A stretch of 64,000 bases of DNA from Dudresnaya verticillata. Taxonomy: Eukaryota. The position numbers and the translations under genes were made by a program. Below are positions 1-10,789 of the stretch, in pieces. The notes under the pieces were generated by a model. The model did not search any database, was not told where the DNA came from, and saw only the letters and a program-made list of their open reading frames with translations. Location: assembly GCA_977862235.1 (NCBI GenBank), contig OZ374565.1, positions 868,001-932,000 on the forward strand, written 5' to 3'. Numbering within the stretch: position 1 is the first letter of the stretch; every line of letters starts with the position of its first letter.

Positions 1-387
1 ATTGCTGTGTGCTGGCGTGCATTACTGTGCAGCAGTGGAGCGCACCAACCGTAGCGGAGTAGTTGTAGTTTTTGTTCTTTATTTTTAGTGAGTATCTGCA
101 CAGTGCGTAGAGTAACCCAGCAGCCAATGAGAAGGCTGCACATGTCCGTGTCGAAGATTGGGACCAGCAGGGCCATTTCGACCATGGGTCCAGACCCTTA
201 GGATCTGACGCACACGGACCGGACCGCTCGGTGTCACCCTGACTTGAATATCAGGGCGGCACCGCAGTACCTCCTAAGGCAAACGGGCAAGCAACCCTTG
301 AGCCTCAATCCCACTGTAGCTCTTTCCTTTACGGTTTTCTCCGCGCCGAGCCCGTTGCAGTCTACCACCACCACCGTTACGGAGCCC
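1..387. repeat. Left part of an older LTR (family X), split by Gypsy-A; begins before the window
   Basis: Reverse complement aligns with ~26350-26750. Joining it to 18586-18776 restores the uninterrupted sequence ...ccaccgttacggAGTCCgtcccg... seen in the 26164 copy. Confidence 0.85.
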
Positions 388-879
388 TGTGGTATAAAGA
401 ATGTCCACGGAGACGCGGGGAAGTCTCGCACTGTAAGGGATGGCCTCGGAGCCGAACGTGTGGCCTCGTAGCCTAAGGGAAAACGAAGAAAGGAAAAGGG
501 TTGTAGCGTGGTAGAGCGAGGCGAACGACGCGAAGGACCACGGTGTCAACGTATTCGTGAGCGGAAGGGAGAACTCGAGCAATCGATGACCGGGGACGAC
601 TCCGGGGGCGCAAGGCTATCGAAAGAGAGGCTCGACCGTATCCGCGGTCACGAACACGAAGATACCGAACTCGAAGAAACAAGTGTTTACCGAAGACTCC
701 GAGGTCCGGGCGCTAGTCGCTTACCGGAAACCGTCGAGGGTAGTGCTAGACGACTGGCGAAGTACTACTACTACGTGAGCACGAATACACGTCAACACGG
801 GAGACGGTTCGTACTCGAAGGATTCGTAACGGCCTCGATTCCAGTGAACAGTCGTCTCACGTATGGTGGCGTTTACGAG

Positions 880-1716
880 TGTGGCATAGCTGTAAGACCA
901 GCTGTGCCACGCACGCGCAGCTGTAAGACCAACTGCGCCACGTGTTCACCGCTGTGCGCACGCTGTCAGCCGGTGGTGCCGAAGCCCCGCTGAAACTGTA
1001 AGGAATTCACTGCGGCGCCCGCGCGTGCACGTGTACGCGTGTGACACTGAAACTCCCACGTAATTTCTACGTTTATTTTTGTGTAGTGTACAGCACCGTC
1101 TAGTTTAAGCGGCGGTCGAACGCCCTGCTGTCCTGCGCGCCGTGCGCACGCACTCCGACGTAGAGCCGTTGAGAGCGTGACACGCGCGCGCGTACTCCGG
1201 CGTCGAGCCGCTGAGTACCTGTGCACCGTTTCGACCACGCGCGCCCCCGGGTTACCGTTACCCGTACGCGGCGACGCGTGTCGGGGCGCGCCGGCGCACC
1301 TCCCGAGTTGGTGCCGCCGCAGGCCCTGTAGTCTATTTAGTAGTCGCCCCTCTGGACTTGAGTAAACAAGGCAACCCAGCCTACACCAGACTTTCCCCTT
1401 TCTGCTTTGGGTTTCTTTCCCAGTCCTTCGCCCTACGGCTTCCCTCTTTCCCTAGCCGCCTAGGCTTTCCTTTTCCTTTCCCTACCGTCGGCTTCGTGCC
1501 GCCCCACGACGGGGACGCAGGGATCCGGCCGCTTCCGCCCGCGTACGGTCCGCCCTGTGCGCGCTCAGGCTTCGATGCCGTAGAGCCGCGACCGTCGACG
1601 GCGCGCGCGGCCGACACCACGGCTCTACCACCACCACTACCACCCTTCGACGGGTCTGGCTGCGACTACGAGATCAGCCGCGCTAGACGTCAGTTCGACC
1701 TGACGTCTATGCCACA
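880..1716. mobile_element. Solo LTR (837 bp) inserted in the Gypsy-A 3' LTR
   Basis: Perfect 10-bp terminal inverted repeat TGTGGCATAG...CTATGCCACA. Perfect 5-bp TSD ACGAG (875-879 / 1717-1721). No coding capacity. Confidence 0.9.
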
Positions 1717-1983
1717 ACGAGGTGCGCCAGCAATGCATGCGGAGGTGCATGCGCGTCGTGGGCCTCGGAGCCGTTCGAGCAGGAAACAACGGGAAACAAG
1801 GAGGTGTCAGCGATTTCATGTTCGGTGCGCACGGTAATGCGAATGCCATCGTGGCGCGGTCACAGTATTTGCAATGTAATACGTTTGCCATCGTGGCGTG
1901 CGCGTTCATGGAATCACTTCGAACTTCGTATTTCTCGATTATTTTCACGAAGACCACGAAGTAGTTTTGCGCGCAGCGTCAAT

Positions 1984-4900
1984 CCCCATTGCTAGATGGT
2001 GATGATTTGGCTGTTCTCCAGAACCATAATTATTTTTCGAGAATAAATTGAACTCGTGATCCGGCGGCGACGCCCCTTGACCCCCGAAGGAGAATCGTCA
2101 CCGCTCCAACAAGAACTGCTTGATTTTGGAGAGTCTCGAAGCACAAACTGCTCACCTTCCGCGCCTTTCCCTTGTGCAAACACCGCCCACACACGAGCCC
2201 AACGTCAGCGTATAACCGCCCTCGCCGACCGTACAAAGAATTGGATCCAGGATGTCTGCACCGCTGTGGAAAGTGCGGCATCCTGAACCAAAACCTGCCA
2301 GCCCCAGCATCGTCTGAAGACGCAATGGCCCGCCACCAGAATGGCACAAATTAAGCGAGTGTCATCCGCGCCGCCAGATGTTGATCATGACATGCCGACT
2401 GAGCGTATTGCTCGATCTCTTTTTGGCGTTTTTGGCAGTGATTATGAAGCGGACGACCCGATTTGCGTCGAGGACCCAGGACAGTCTCCTGTGGGAGCAA
2501 ACTTTGATCGCGAGGGCATGGCAGTACTCAACACAACAACGACACCGATCCAGCGGGAAACCACGACAATCCACAAACAGTTCCGGGCGCGTGGAACGCT
2601 CCGATTTCGCAATGGAGAGACGATGTGCAGCAGGATCCACGGACGCCTCTCACGGGGACTACATTTGGTGCCCCGCAGCAGGGGGCCCAAATTCCTAACC
2701 CAACGACTGTTTGCCTACTTGATGCGGTAAACAACGACTCCTTGGACCCCTCTGATATAACATTTTCTTTATCGCAAGAAAGAAGGCAGCTTAATGACAG
2801 TGGAGATGACAGCATGTCGAGAAATTATTCTAATCCGGTAGGTGTTACAAGTGAGGAGCGTACATATCTACTTACGTTGTCCAATGGAATTCGAGAGGAG
2901 GTAGTGAACTCAGCATCGAGCGAGGCACTTTGTGAGGATATCTTTTCAATGCTGTTCACAGACTGTGACATTGAGCGGACATCTACACCGTGGGAAACAG
3001 GGGCACAGGTCGCCGGTGATGACGATGACGACTACGTTGAGGTAGAGGAGGAGATGGAAACGCGAACTGCTGCCCAACCAGCTAGACTGTCACAATGGTC
3101 GTACGATGATGCCTTTTGTACCGTTAGTGCTGCGTTTGATGATGTCGACAGTACGTTAGAGAAGCGATTTCTCAAAGAGGCGAATGGGATGCTGTCCCGC
3201 GTCCTGCAGGATGTTCAACAGCTCCGAGTGGAGCGAAAGTCGGCACAGAAGAACTCGGACGTCTCGAACGTGGTGTCAGATATCTTTGATGACTCATTTA
3301 CAAGACTTGAGTTCCTGCGCTGTTTTGTTACAGGTGCCCTGTTAGAAAAGCTGAAGCCTCACGTCAATCGCAGTCTAATCGCTCGGAAAAAAGATCCAAC
3401 GACCGGACAGGGGCTCTTGGCAATACTGGTCTTGCATATCCTGTGCGCCTCATACGATCAAAGTCCCACGATCGTATGCGATCCCGTTGAGAACAAAATT
3501 TTCTTCCAGATGGGCATTGAAGCCCAGCGCTATCATGAAGCCTGGTCTGCTCTCTCAGGGAGCGAAAAGAGAAGGGCGACAGTAATATATTCCAGTACGG
3601 AGTGGTGCAGAACCGCAGATTCAAATACGTCGCTAATCAACTTAGTTGAATGGGAGGTCGCCAACATTAACCGCCATCTGTACGTCCCAGGGGCCAGAAT
3701 CCTTTCTTTGGACGATGACCATTTGAGAATGGCATCTCGATCGGTTCTAACTCTAACACGTTTGCGACAGTACAACAATCCCAGAAAAGGCTTGGGTCCA
3801 GTCGGTAATGCACTTTGCAGTGCTCTCAATCCCGTCTTCCTGTCTTGTCACTTTACGCGATGCGGGGAGAAGCTTGTGCATACATGGGAGAGAGTGGTTT
3901 GTCTACGGCAGGGCGTTGCGCATGAAGGCGCGCTTAAACCAATGTCAGATGCTGTCTTCGCCGCCGATCGCGGCTACAACACCAAGGAGACCACATTGTT
4001 CATTTCTGAAAGGCTCGTTTCGACATTTCTTGGGACACATAAGCGCGACACATGGTACCCGTACGTGTTTGGGGACGGAGCTATTACAAAGAGGCATACA
4101 GGTCTGGTGATTTCCCAGAAGGGCTGCAGGGCAGTATATAACGCACGATGGGATCATGAAGGCTGTAAGAGACGTGGGCGGGAAGTAATTGCAAGTCTGT
4201 ATAGAGAAAGCCGCAGCGGACGTATTTCAGTATTGACTCATAACCATGACGTTATGTTTCCTCCCAGAAGATTCACAATTGTTCCACCCGAATGGTTCAG
4301 GAATCAGTTAAACGCAGTTGAGCTAGAAGAATTGTAGACAGTCTATATTGCTGTCCAAAAAGAAGGCCGGAGCCCCGGGGACGAGATAGCATCACATCAG
4401 CGAATGGTTAACGAGTTTCTTTCTCGTGTTAGGATGTTGACCTACTATCAGTCTGAGGACCCTCTTTGGTTTTTTTACGAGCTTTCCGTTTTACATCTCG
4501 CACATCGCACTCATTCCATTCAGCTTTCGCCTCGGATTTTGATGTGCACGTGCAGAGAATCTCGTTCCTGCTGAAGGGTAAGAGCCTGAGCACCACGGCT
4601 GCAGCACTTCCCGATGACGCCTCCGCGCTCTCAGATCAAATGAAGGTGAAGTGGGATGCTGTTATATATGTTATAGCTGTCGGGATGCGCAAAAGAGCGG
4701 CGTTAACTGTCTCGAATAGGATGCGAACTAAGGAGCATTTGCTGTCTTATACGGCGTCGCGACTTGGGCGTTTCACAATTAGTGAGCTAAAGTCTTTCCT
4801 GAACACGTTCTCAAGGCTACCTGTCGGACGAAAAACGAAAGCAGAATACGTCATGGCGGTTGTATTGCTTCAGGAAAACTTGAGGGCCACGGACAGTGCA

Positions 4901-6916
4901 GAGAGTAGTGAAGCTGCTGCTGGTGCACAAGAAAATAATGCTGAACAGCCCCATGGTATCGCTGCTTATACGACATTGCTCAAAACTTTGCAGAGTGCGT
5001 CATTGAGCGCCTGGGTCATGAAACCCTTTGTCTCAACCGAAGGCATGAAAGAAGGGAGCCGCAATGAAGAGAACGTTTTACATGCGCTACCCACGTTTTT
5101 CGAACATCGCGTAGGGATGCTACCAAAGGATTGGGGTACTGCAGAGTATTGTCTGGACCCCAACGGCAAGATATCAGTCAAGCTAATTCGGGCAGTGGGT
5201 CTGGTAGCCAGTCGTGGTACTGGGATTCTAGCGGACAGTGCAGAGGGATTGGCTGTTCTGACAAACACGGACTCACGCGTTATCGAGGAAACAATATTGG
5301 CGGCGATTGAAGTCAAAACAATGCCATCACTAAGACCTGCTTACAAAGCCGAGAAGATCGGTGAGGAGCATTCTGAAGCAGTTGTTGTGTCGGATGTTGG
5401 AATTTCAAAGGCTAGCGACGAGATGTTTAGAAAGCTGGTTCCAACTACTCCCTGCCATCTACAGTGCCTGCATCATGCCGCGGTTTACAACACCAGATGG
5501 GTTTTTTCGTGGTTGCGCGTGGCACAAACGGGGGAGCGGTGGAATAATTTACACATGCCTCATAGACTTTACGGAGACTCTACCAGAGTCGTGCAAGTAC
5601 TCACTTGACTGTATTTGGGGAGCAGGATTCCAATGGATTGGAAAGGGACACAAGGTGCATTCCGAGGGAATACGATGGCATATTGCAAAAACTCTCATGT
5701 CTCAGATTTATCCTCTTTTGCCTCGTACTACGGCTCGAGCCGAGCGGTGAATAGCCTCGTTCTGCAGACAGGCGAACCGCTTCCGCCTGCGGGTATGGTC
5801 CGCCTGACATCGCCTGTATGTTGGCACCACCTTAAAGGCGGTGTTGATATAATCTCGAGATACTTAAAGAATTTGGCTCGGTCTAACATGAGTGAAAGTC
5901 CAGTGGTCAGTATTGTGGCTTGTTTGTTGGTTCTTCAAGTGCATAATGCCGCCGTGCTTTATCGACTATATAAGGCAAGAAACTTGGGTCGTCTGCCAAG
6001 GACAGCGAGTGAAACCGGCGGAAAGGGCTATAAGTACAGCAGGCACAAAATGACGGAGTTCGAGACTTTCGGACGGTACGCTAGAGCGTTGTCGGAGGAA
6101 TGGTTACTTAAAAGTAACAGAGCCATGACACCTATGGGGAGCGGTCGAGTAAGGAAAACTACACCACTCCGCATGAAGCCATGGTTTTCCCGGGGTATTA
6201 TCGACAAGTATAACAGAGGGGTTGTCAAGAAACGGCGTCTTCGCGCACTTGTAAATCTCAGCACAAGCGTGCTATTGTGTGATGTGCACGTGGCGGCTAT
6301 ACAGCGATGTAGAAGGGGTGAAGCACAGCAAAGTTAAAGGAGCGAGGCAGGTGCGTTGGTGTGGAACCTGTAGGGACGCAATATGCAAAACGTGTTGGGA
6401 CCGTTGGAATAGCACTGCAGTGCTACAACGCGCTTGTCAGTCCGAAGCCGAGAAGCTGGCGTTTGACCGAGAAGTCAGGAACAAGAAGCGTCAAAAGAGA
6501 AACTGACAGAGGTAGGTACTCGGACGGGTGAAATAGTTGGAGTTCCCGAAGAGTACTGGACGATTGTCCAACAGGCGTCATCCGGTGTTTGCGGGATCCA
6601 TTTTAGTAGTACAGTGTGCCTTTAGTGAACAGTGCATGCACCATCTCTCCAAACAAAGTGAATGTCACACGAATTTCGTGAAGCTTTCATAAACTGTTGG
6701 ACCGATTTTTCCTTCGATTGGTCCACCTCAGAATTTTCAAACCTTTAGCGCTCCAAGTGTTTCTATGTGGCAGTTGAAAGGCACATGACTGGAGCCGTAT
6801 AACTCGCCCGGTTTGAATGAGGCCACCTGTTAATGCATCATATGTAACTGAGCGAAGCAATACAAATAAGACCCTTTCGGTCCTATCTTTTAACATCACG
6901 AAAACGGCCACGTGGG
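1984..6916 (+). mobile_element. Divergent piggyBac-like DNA transposon (~4.9 kb)
   Basis: Boundaries are fixed by the empty site in the sister LTR (agcgt-CTAT-agcaca). The insert starts CCC, ends GGG and is flanked by CAAT (1980-1983) / CTAT (6917-6920), a 4-bp duplication with one mismatch. It encodes a DDD transposase. Confidence 0.82.
2341..6506 (+). pseudogene. piggyBac-like DDD transposase with internal YqaJ/lambda-exonuclease-like domain, SAP motif and C-terminal Cys-rich domain (one stop, several frameshifts)
   Basis: Stitched from ORFs 2625-4337, 4466-5608, 5361-5750, 5615-6337 and 6279-6506. Transposase motifs: LSLDDD (D at 3711), AADRGY (D at 3966), WHHLKGGVD (D at 5846). Nuclease motifs: LTYYQSEDPLWF/LRAFRFTS, MKEGSRNE, ADSAEG, IEVK, LQCLHH. 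SAP-like FTISELKSFL..RLPVGRKTKAEYV. C-terminal CVMC...CGTCRDAICKTCW. Start codon uncertain (2341 or 2625). Confidence 0.8.
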
Positions 6917-6926
6917 CTATACCATA

Positions 6927-6943
6927 CGTCCCCCTCCTCAAGA
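6927..6943 (-). other. Polypurine tract of Gypsy-A
   Basis: Minus strand TCTTGAGGAGGGGGACG immediately precedes the 3' LTR. Confidence 0.85.
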
Positions 6944-7541
6944 GCGGAGGTCCCGGTCGCGTGTTACGAATCACGAATTGGCGTGGCCCGGTTTCCCTCG
7001 GAGGAGCGCGTGTGGAGCCATCCGACCGGCGGCGCGGTGATGCATCCAGCTAACGTTGTCGCGCAGAGGTGCCTCGGGGCTCAAGAATTTGAATTCGGAT
7101 TACGTGTGCGATGGCGCCTTCGTATTGGCTGATCACGGAGATATTTCGTATACGTAGAACGGGCTAGGGATTTGGCGCCGTCCGCCGACGCGTGCGCGCG
7201 CGGATCACGGAGATGGGGTGCGAACCGCGTGGGGTATTTCAACTTCGTCTTGCACTGGGTCCGAGCTCCTTTCTTCTTCTGTCATCGCTCTCACATACAA
7301 CTCGCTGCAGCGCCTTGGCTTTCGGTCTTCGCGGTCCCGTCTGCTTCTCCGTGTGCGTCTTTCCATCCGCGTGCGCCCTTCTCCACATCGTTCATTCCGC
7401 TCCGTGGCGCTCGTGTTGCTGCTCCGTTGGTCTCGGTGGTTTGCGGTGGTCGGTTGTGGGTCTCGGGTCTCGGTGTTGGGGCACGTGCTGCTGGTCCTCC
7501 ATGGGTTGCGTTGAGGTCGAATTCGTACCGCGGGTCCTTCG

Positions 7542-9525
7542 ATGGCGGACAAGGGTCACGGCAAGCGAACTGAGTCCCACGAAGAGCACGTCAATGCTAC
7601 TCCTCGTCGCCTCGAGGGTGAGCTCGCTGCTGCCGCGGAACGCGTGGCTGCGGCGCCTATGCAGGATGTTGCGGTGCCTCCGAAGGCTTCGCGTCTTTCA
7701 TCGAATGTCGCTGGTCTTTCGGTTGACTACGGTCAATACATGCCACGGACTCTCGCGATTCCGCACGTCGTGAACATCGGGGTTTCGGGGCCTCCGGGTG
7801 CGGCTGACCTCGGTAGTCCGTACGTAAGTTTGGGCGGATCGAATCCGCAATTCGTAAATTGTGGTTGGCAACCGAGTGCTTCGTTGGGTCCTCCGAGATT
7901 CGGAAAAAGGGTTGAGAGTGCTCCGAGGCTTCCGGCTGCGCAGTTGTACTTCGCGTGGTATGGGTTGGCGGTCTCCGGAGGTACTCACGAAGAGGTCGTT
8001 GCTTACGATGGCCGTGTTTGTCCGGATCTCGGTCGCTTTCGTGCGCTCTGCGAGGGTCACGATTATAATGGAGTTGGTGTCTTTCACGTATTGTGGCCCC
8101 GTGGCCCCGTGTATCCGACTCCGATGGGCCTTCCGTGTGACGTCTCCTACGTGGCCACGGTCGACGAGGTTGCTTACGTAGATGCGTGTGCTCGTGTGCT
8201 CCTGGTACCGTGTTCGTGTATCTCCGTGGATTATCCTGTTGTCGCAGTGGCCCGTTTTCGCGTCTTCCCGGAGTCCGAGTGCGCCACGGGGAACGTGTGG
8301 CGCCACGTAGATTCGATATCACACATCCTTCGTGTTCACATCGGTCCCGGAGACCGGGATCTGTTTCGCGGAGTGGGCACGATGCCAGACCGAGTGGGTA
8401 CGAATGCGCGTTTCTACGACCGAGTGCCCCTGAGCATATTTAAGAGTTCGTATTGGCTCGACAGTTTCGGTATTCGCGCCCCGCGGGCTTGGTCGTTCTA
8501 CCTCCGAGGGTGATTCGGTATTTCTGCCTCATCGTAGATACGTATCCGGAGCCAGAGAGGAAGTGCTTCGAACGTTTCCGTGACTCTGAGTATCGCTTCG
8601 AGCTGGGCCACGCATTGATATCCGTTTGCGCTAGTCGAAGCCATTCTCCGAAGATGGCGGTTATCCGGATCTTCCGCTCCGAGGCTCGGATCGTACGACG
8701 TTGTTTTCGAAGATGCTGGCGATTTCCATCGGGGCAGCCGATCGGAGGGAGCTCCAGTCGACTCGGCGCGATTTCCCGACGGGACAGTGGTCCCAAGTGG
8801 TCGTGGGATCCGGAGCCGGGTTCAATTGGAGTCACAACCGACCCTCACGAGGGGGACGCGGTCCGCGAGTCGATCCGTTTCCGCATCTGAGTGCCGTGGT
8901 TCGTGCCATCGGAGGGGATTTTGGTCCGTTGCCACGTGTTCCGCGTTTCGTAGCTCCGACTTCTTCGCCGTCAATGACTCTGCGGTCAACGCTTGGCACC
9001 GGGGCCGTTACATTGGTGCCCAGCGCTTCGCGTTCCTAGGTCGCGAGTCTCGAGGTGCTCTGCCCCACGAATATTCGTACTCTCGACTCCGTGAGTGATG
9101 CGTGTTGCGAAGCGGGCATCTCCCCCGATGGGACTCTTCGGCAGCTGATAGACGACATCGGGGGAAGCTTCCTTCGAGCGGTTACGGAGGTGAGGCGCTT
9201 TCGTAGGCAGCTTTGTGATCGGGATGCGGAGAGAGCGGACTTTCGTCATCGTATTCGGGACCTCGAGTTGAGCGGTAAGCGTCGGAGCGAAGGTTATGGT
9301 TATCCGAGTTACGACGCTTCACGTTACGGGTCTGGCTCCAGAGGCCCTTCGGGCTTCGGACCCAGCGGTGGCGATGGCTACGATGGTCACCGCGGACAAT
9401 CGCAGACATCGGATCCGAACGCCCCGAACTTGCTTCGAGTGACTCGTGACAAAAACGGAAGCGATCCTCGTGATAACCCCCTTACGACTCCGCGAATCGG
9501 TATGATCGCTCGTAGTTGTACGTAG
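7542..9525 (+). pseudogene. Antisense accessory ORF of Gypsy-A (frameshifted; unknown function)
   Basis: Consecutive ORFs 7542-8513, 8453-8890 and 9055-9525 lie between integrase and 3' LTR, opposite to gag-pol. They share motifs with the 955-aa antisense ORF of Gypsy-B. Confidence 0.65.
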
Positions 9526-10789
9526 CGGTAGAACCGAGTCTTTTTCTTTTAGCTTCGTAGCTGCGTTGTTTCTTCTTTTCGGTATCGAACTCCTTGTTCT
9601 CGGAGCTCAAGGTGGGGGGGCTCGGTCTCGTGGTATCGTCTCGAGTATAACGTCTTCTCTTTCTCGACTCTTCTTTTGCCTCGTAGCTGTAGGCACGTAG
9701 TTGTTAGCAGCGTAGCTCTAGCCTCGTAGCTTCTCAGAAACGAGCTTCGTGCTCAACTGTGCAAATTGAGACTGGTGTTGATTACGAATAGAATTACGCG
9801 TGTTTCCTTCGAGGAGTCGAGTCAACGAGACTTCGTAAATCTGTGTGCACGGCCCTCTCCTCAAGAAGAACGCGTCCACGCCGACGTTATGGGGGAAATA
9901 CGTGGATACGGAGAGCTGCGTGGGTGTTTCGATGATCGCGCTGAGCAAGTCGCGTGAGCTCCGGGGCTTTCCTGAGCGAACTGCATCGGTTGCGCATCGG
10001 GGCGCAGGCGAACGAGACTGCGGGCCGAAAAAGGAGGACTCTGTGGTTTTTCCGACGGCTCGTTATGCAGCGGGAAACAGGGGGCTCCGTGGCTCCGGCA
10101 AGGGGGTGAGGCGGCATGTGCGCTGCTCCGAGGCAAGCGATCGAGCGAAGTTGCCGTGATGCGCTGGTTGCGACTGCGAAGTGCGTCTTGCGGGTGGCAT
10201 CGGCCTCGAAGTATGACATGACGACAGGCGCGAATGACAAGTTGAGTATAGTGCGCCTTGTCCGTCCGTCGCGGAGTCAGACCCTGTGATGCGAGTGCCG
10301 CGGTGCAACCGTGTGCGTGTGTGAGCCGGTGTCGAATATCACGAAACTTGCTGTGTCCACCACCACAGTGGTGGGCGCGCCCATCGCGATACTGCTCGAC
10401 TGCGTGAGAAGCGACCTCGTGGTGGCATCGTGGCGAACGAATTCGAACATGCGGAGAAGGCGTCGTGTTGCCGCCGAGGGCTGCGTTGTCGTACGTCGCC
10501 CGCAACCGAAATTGCACAGCGTGAGATGCGGGGTGACGCCCATCTGCTCCGAGGCAACCGTATGCGTCGGGGCAGTTGTAGTGCGCGAAGAAGGCGCGTT
10601 GCGAAGTACGGCGACCAAAATCACGAGGTGGTGCCAGGAGGGGCACGTAGCGGCACTGTGCAAACGTATGTCCCGGAGCCATCGGAATGCGCACTATCGC
10701 AGTCAGCACGTGTGCAAGAACGTAGTGGGGCGCCGGGGCCGTTCGTATGATGAGCTTCGTGTGCCGCGCAACTCGAGTGGGCGTAGGCG

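Larger units (their letters stand above)
388..6926 (-). repeat. 3' LTR of Gypsy-A in three pieces (388-879, 1722-1983, 6917-6926)
   Basis: Colinear with 17840-18585 once 880-1716 and 1984-6916 are removed. The end ctataccata matches ctatagcaca and abuts the PPT. Confidence 0.88.

Noticed and set aside
890..955. 31-bp tandem duplication (ctgtaagacca.ctg.gccacg) in the solo LTR
   Set aside because: Ordinary LTR-internal repeat.
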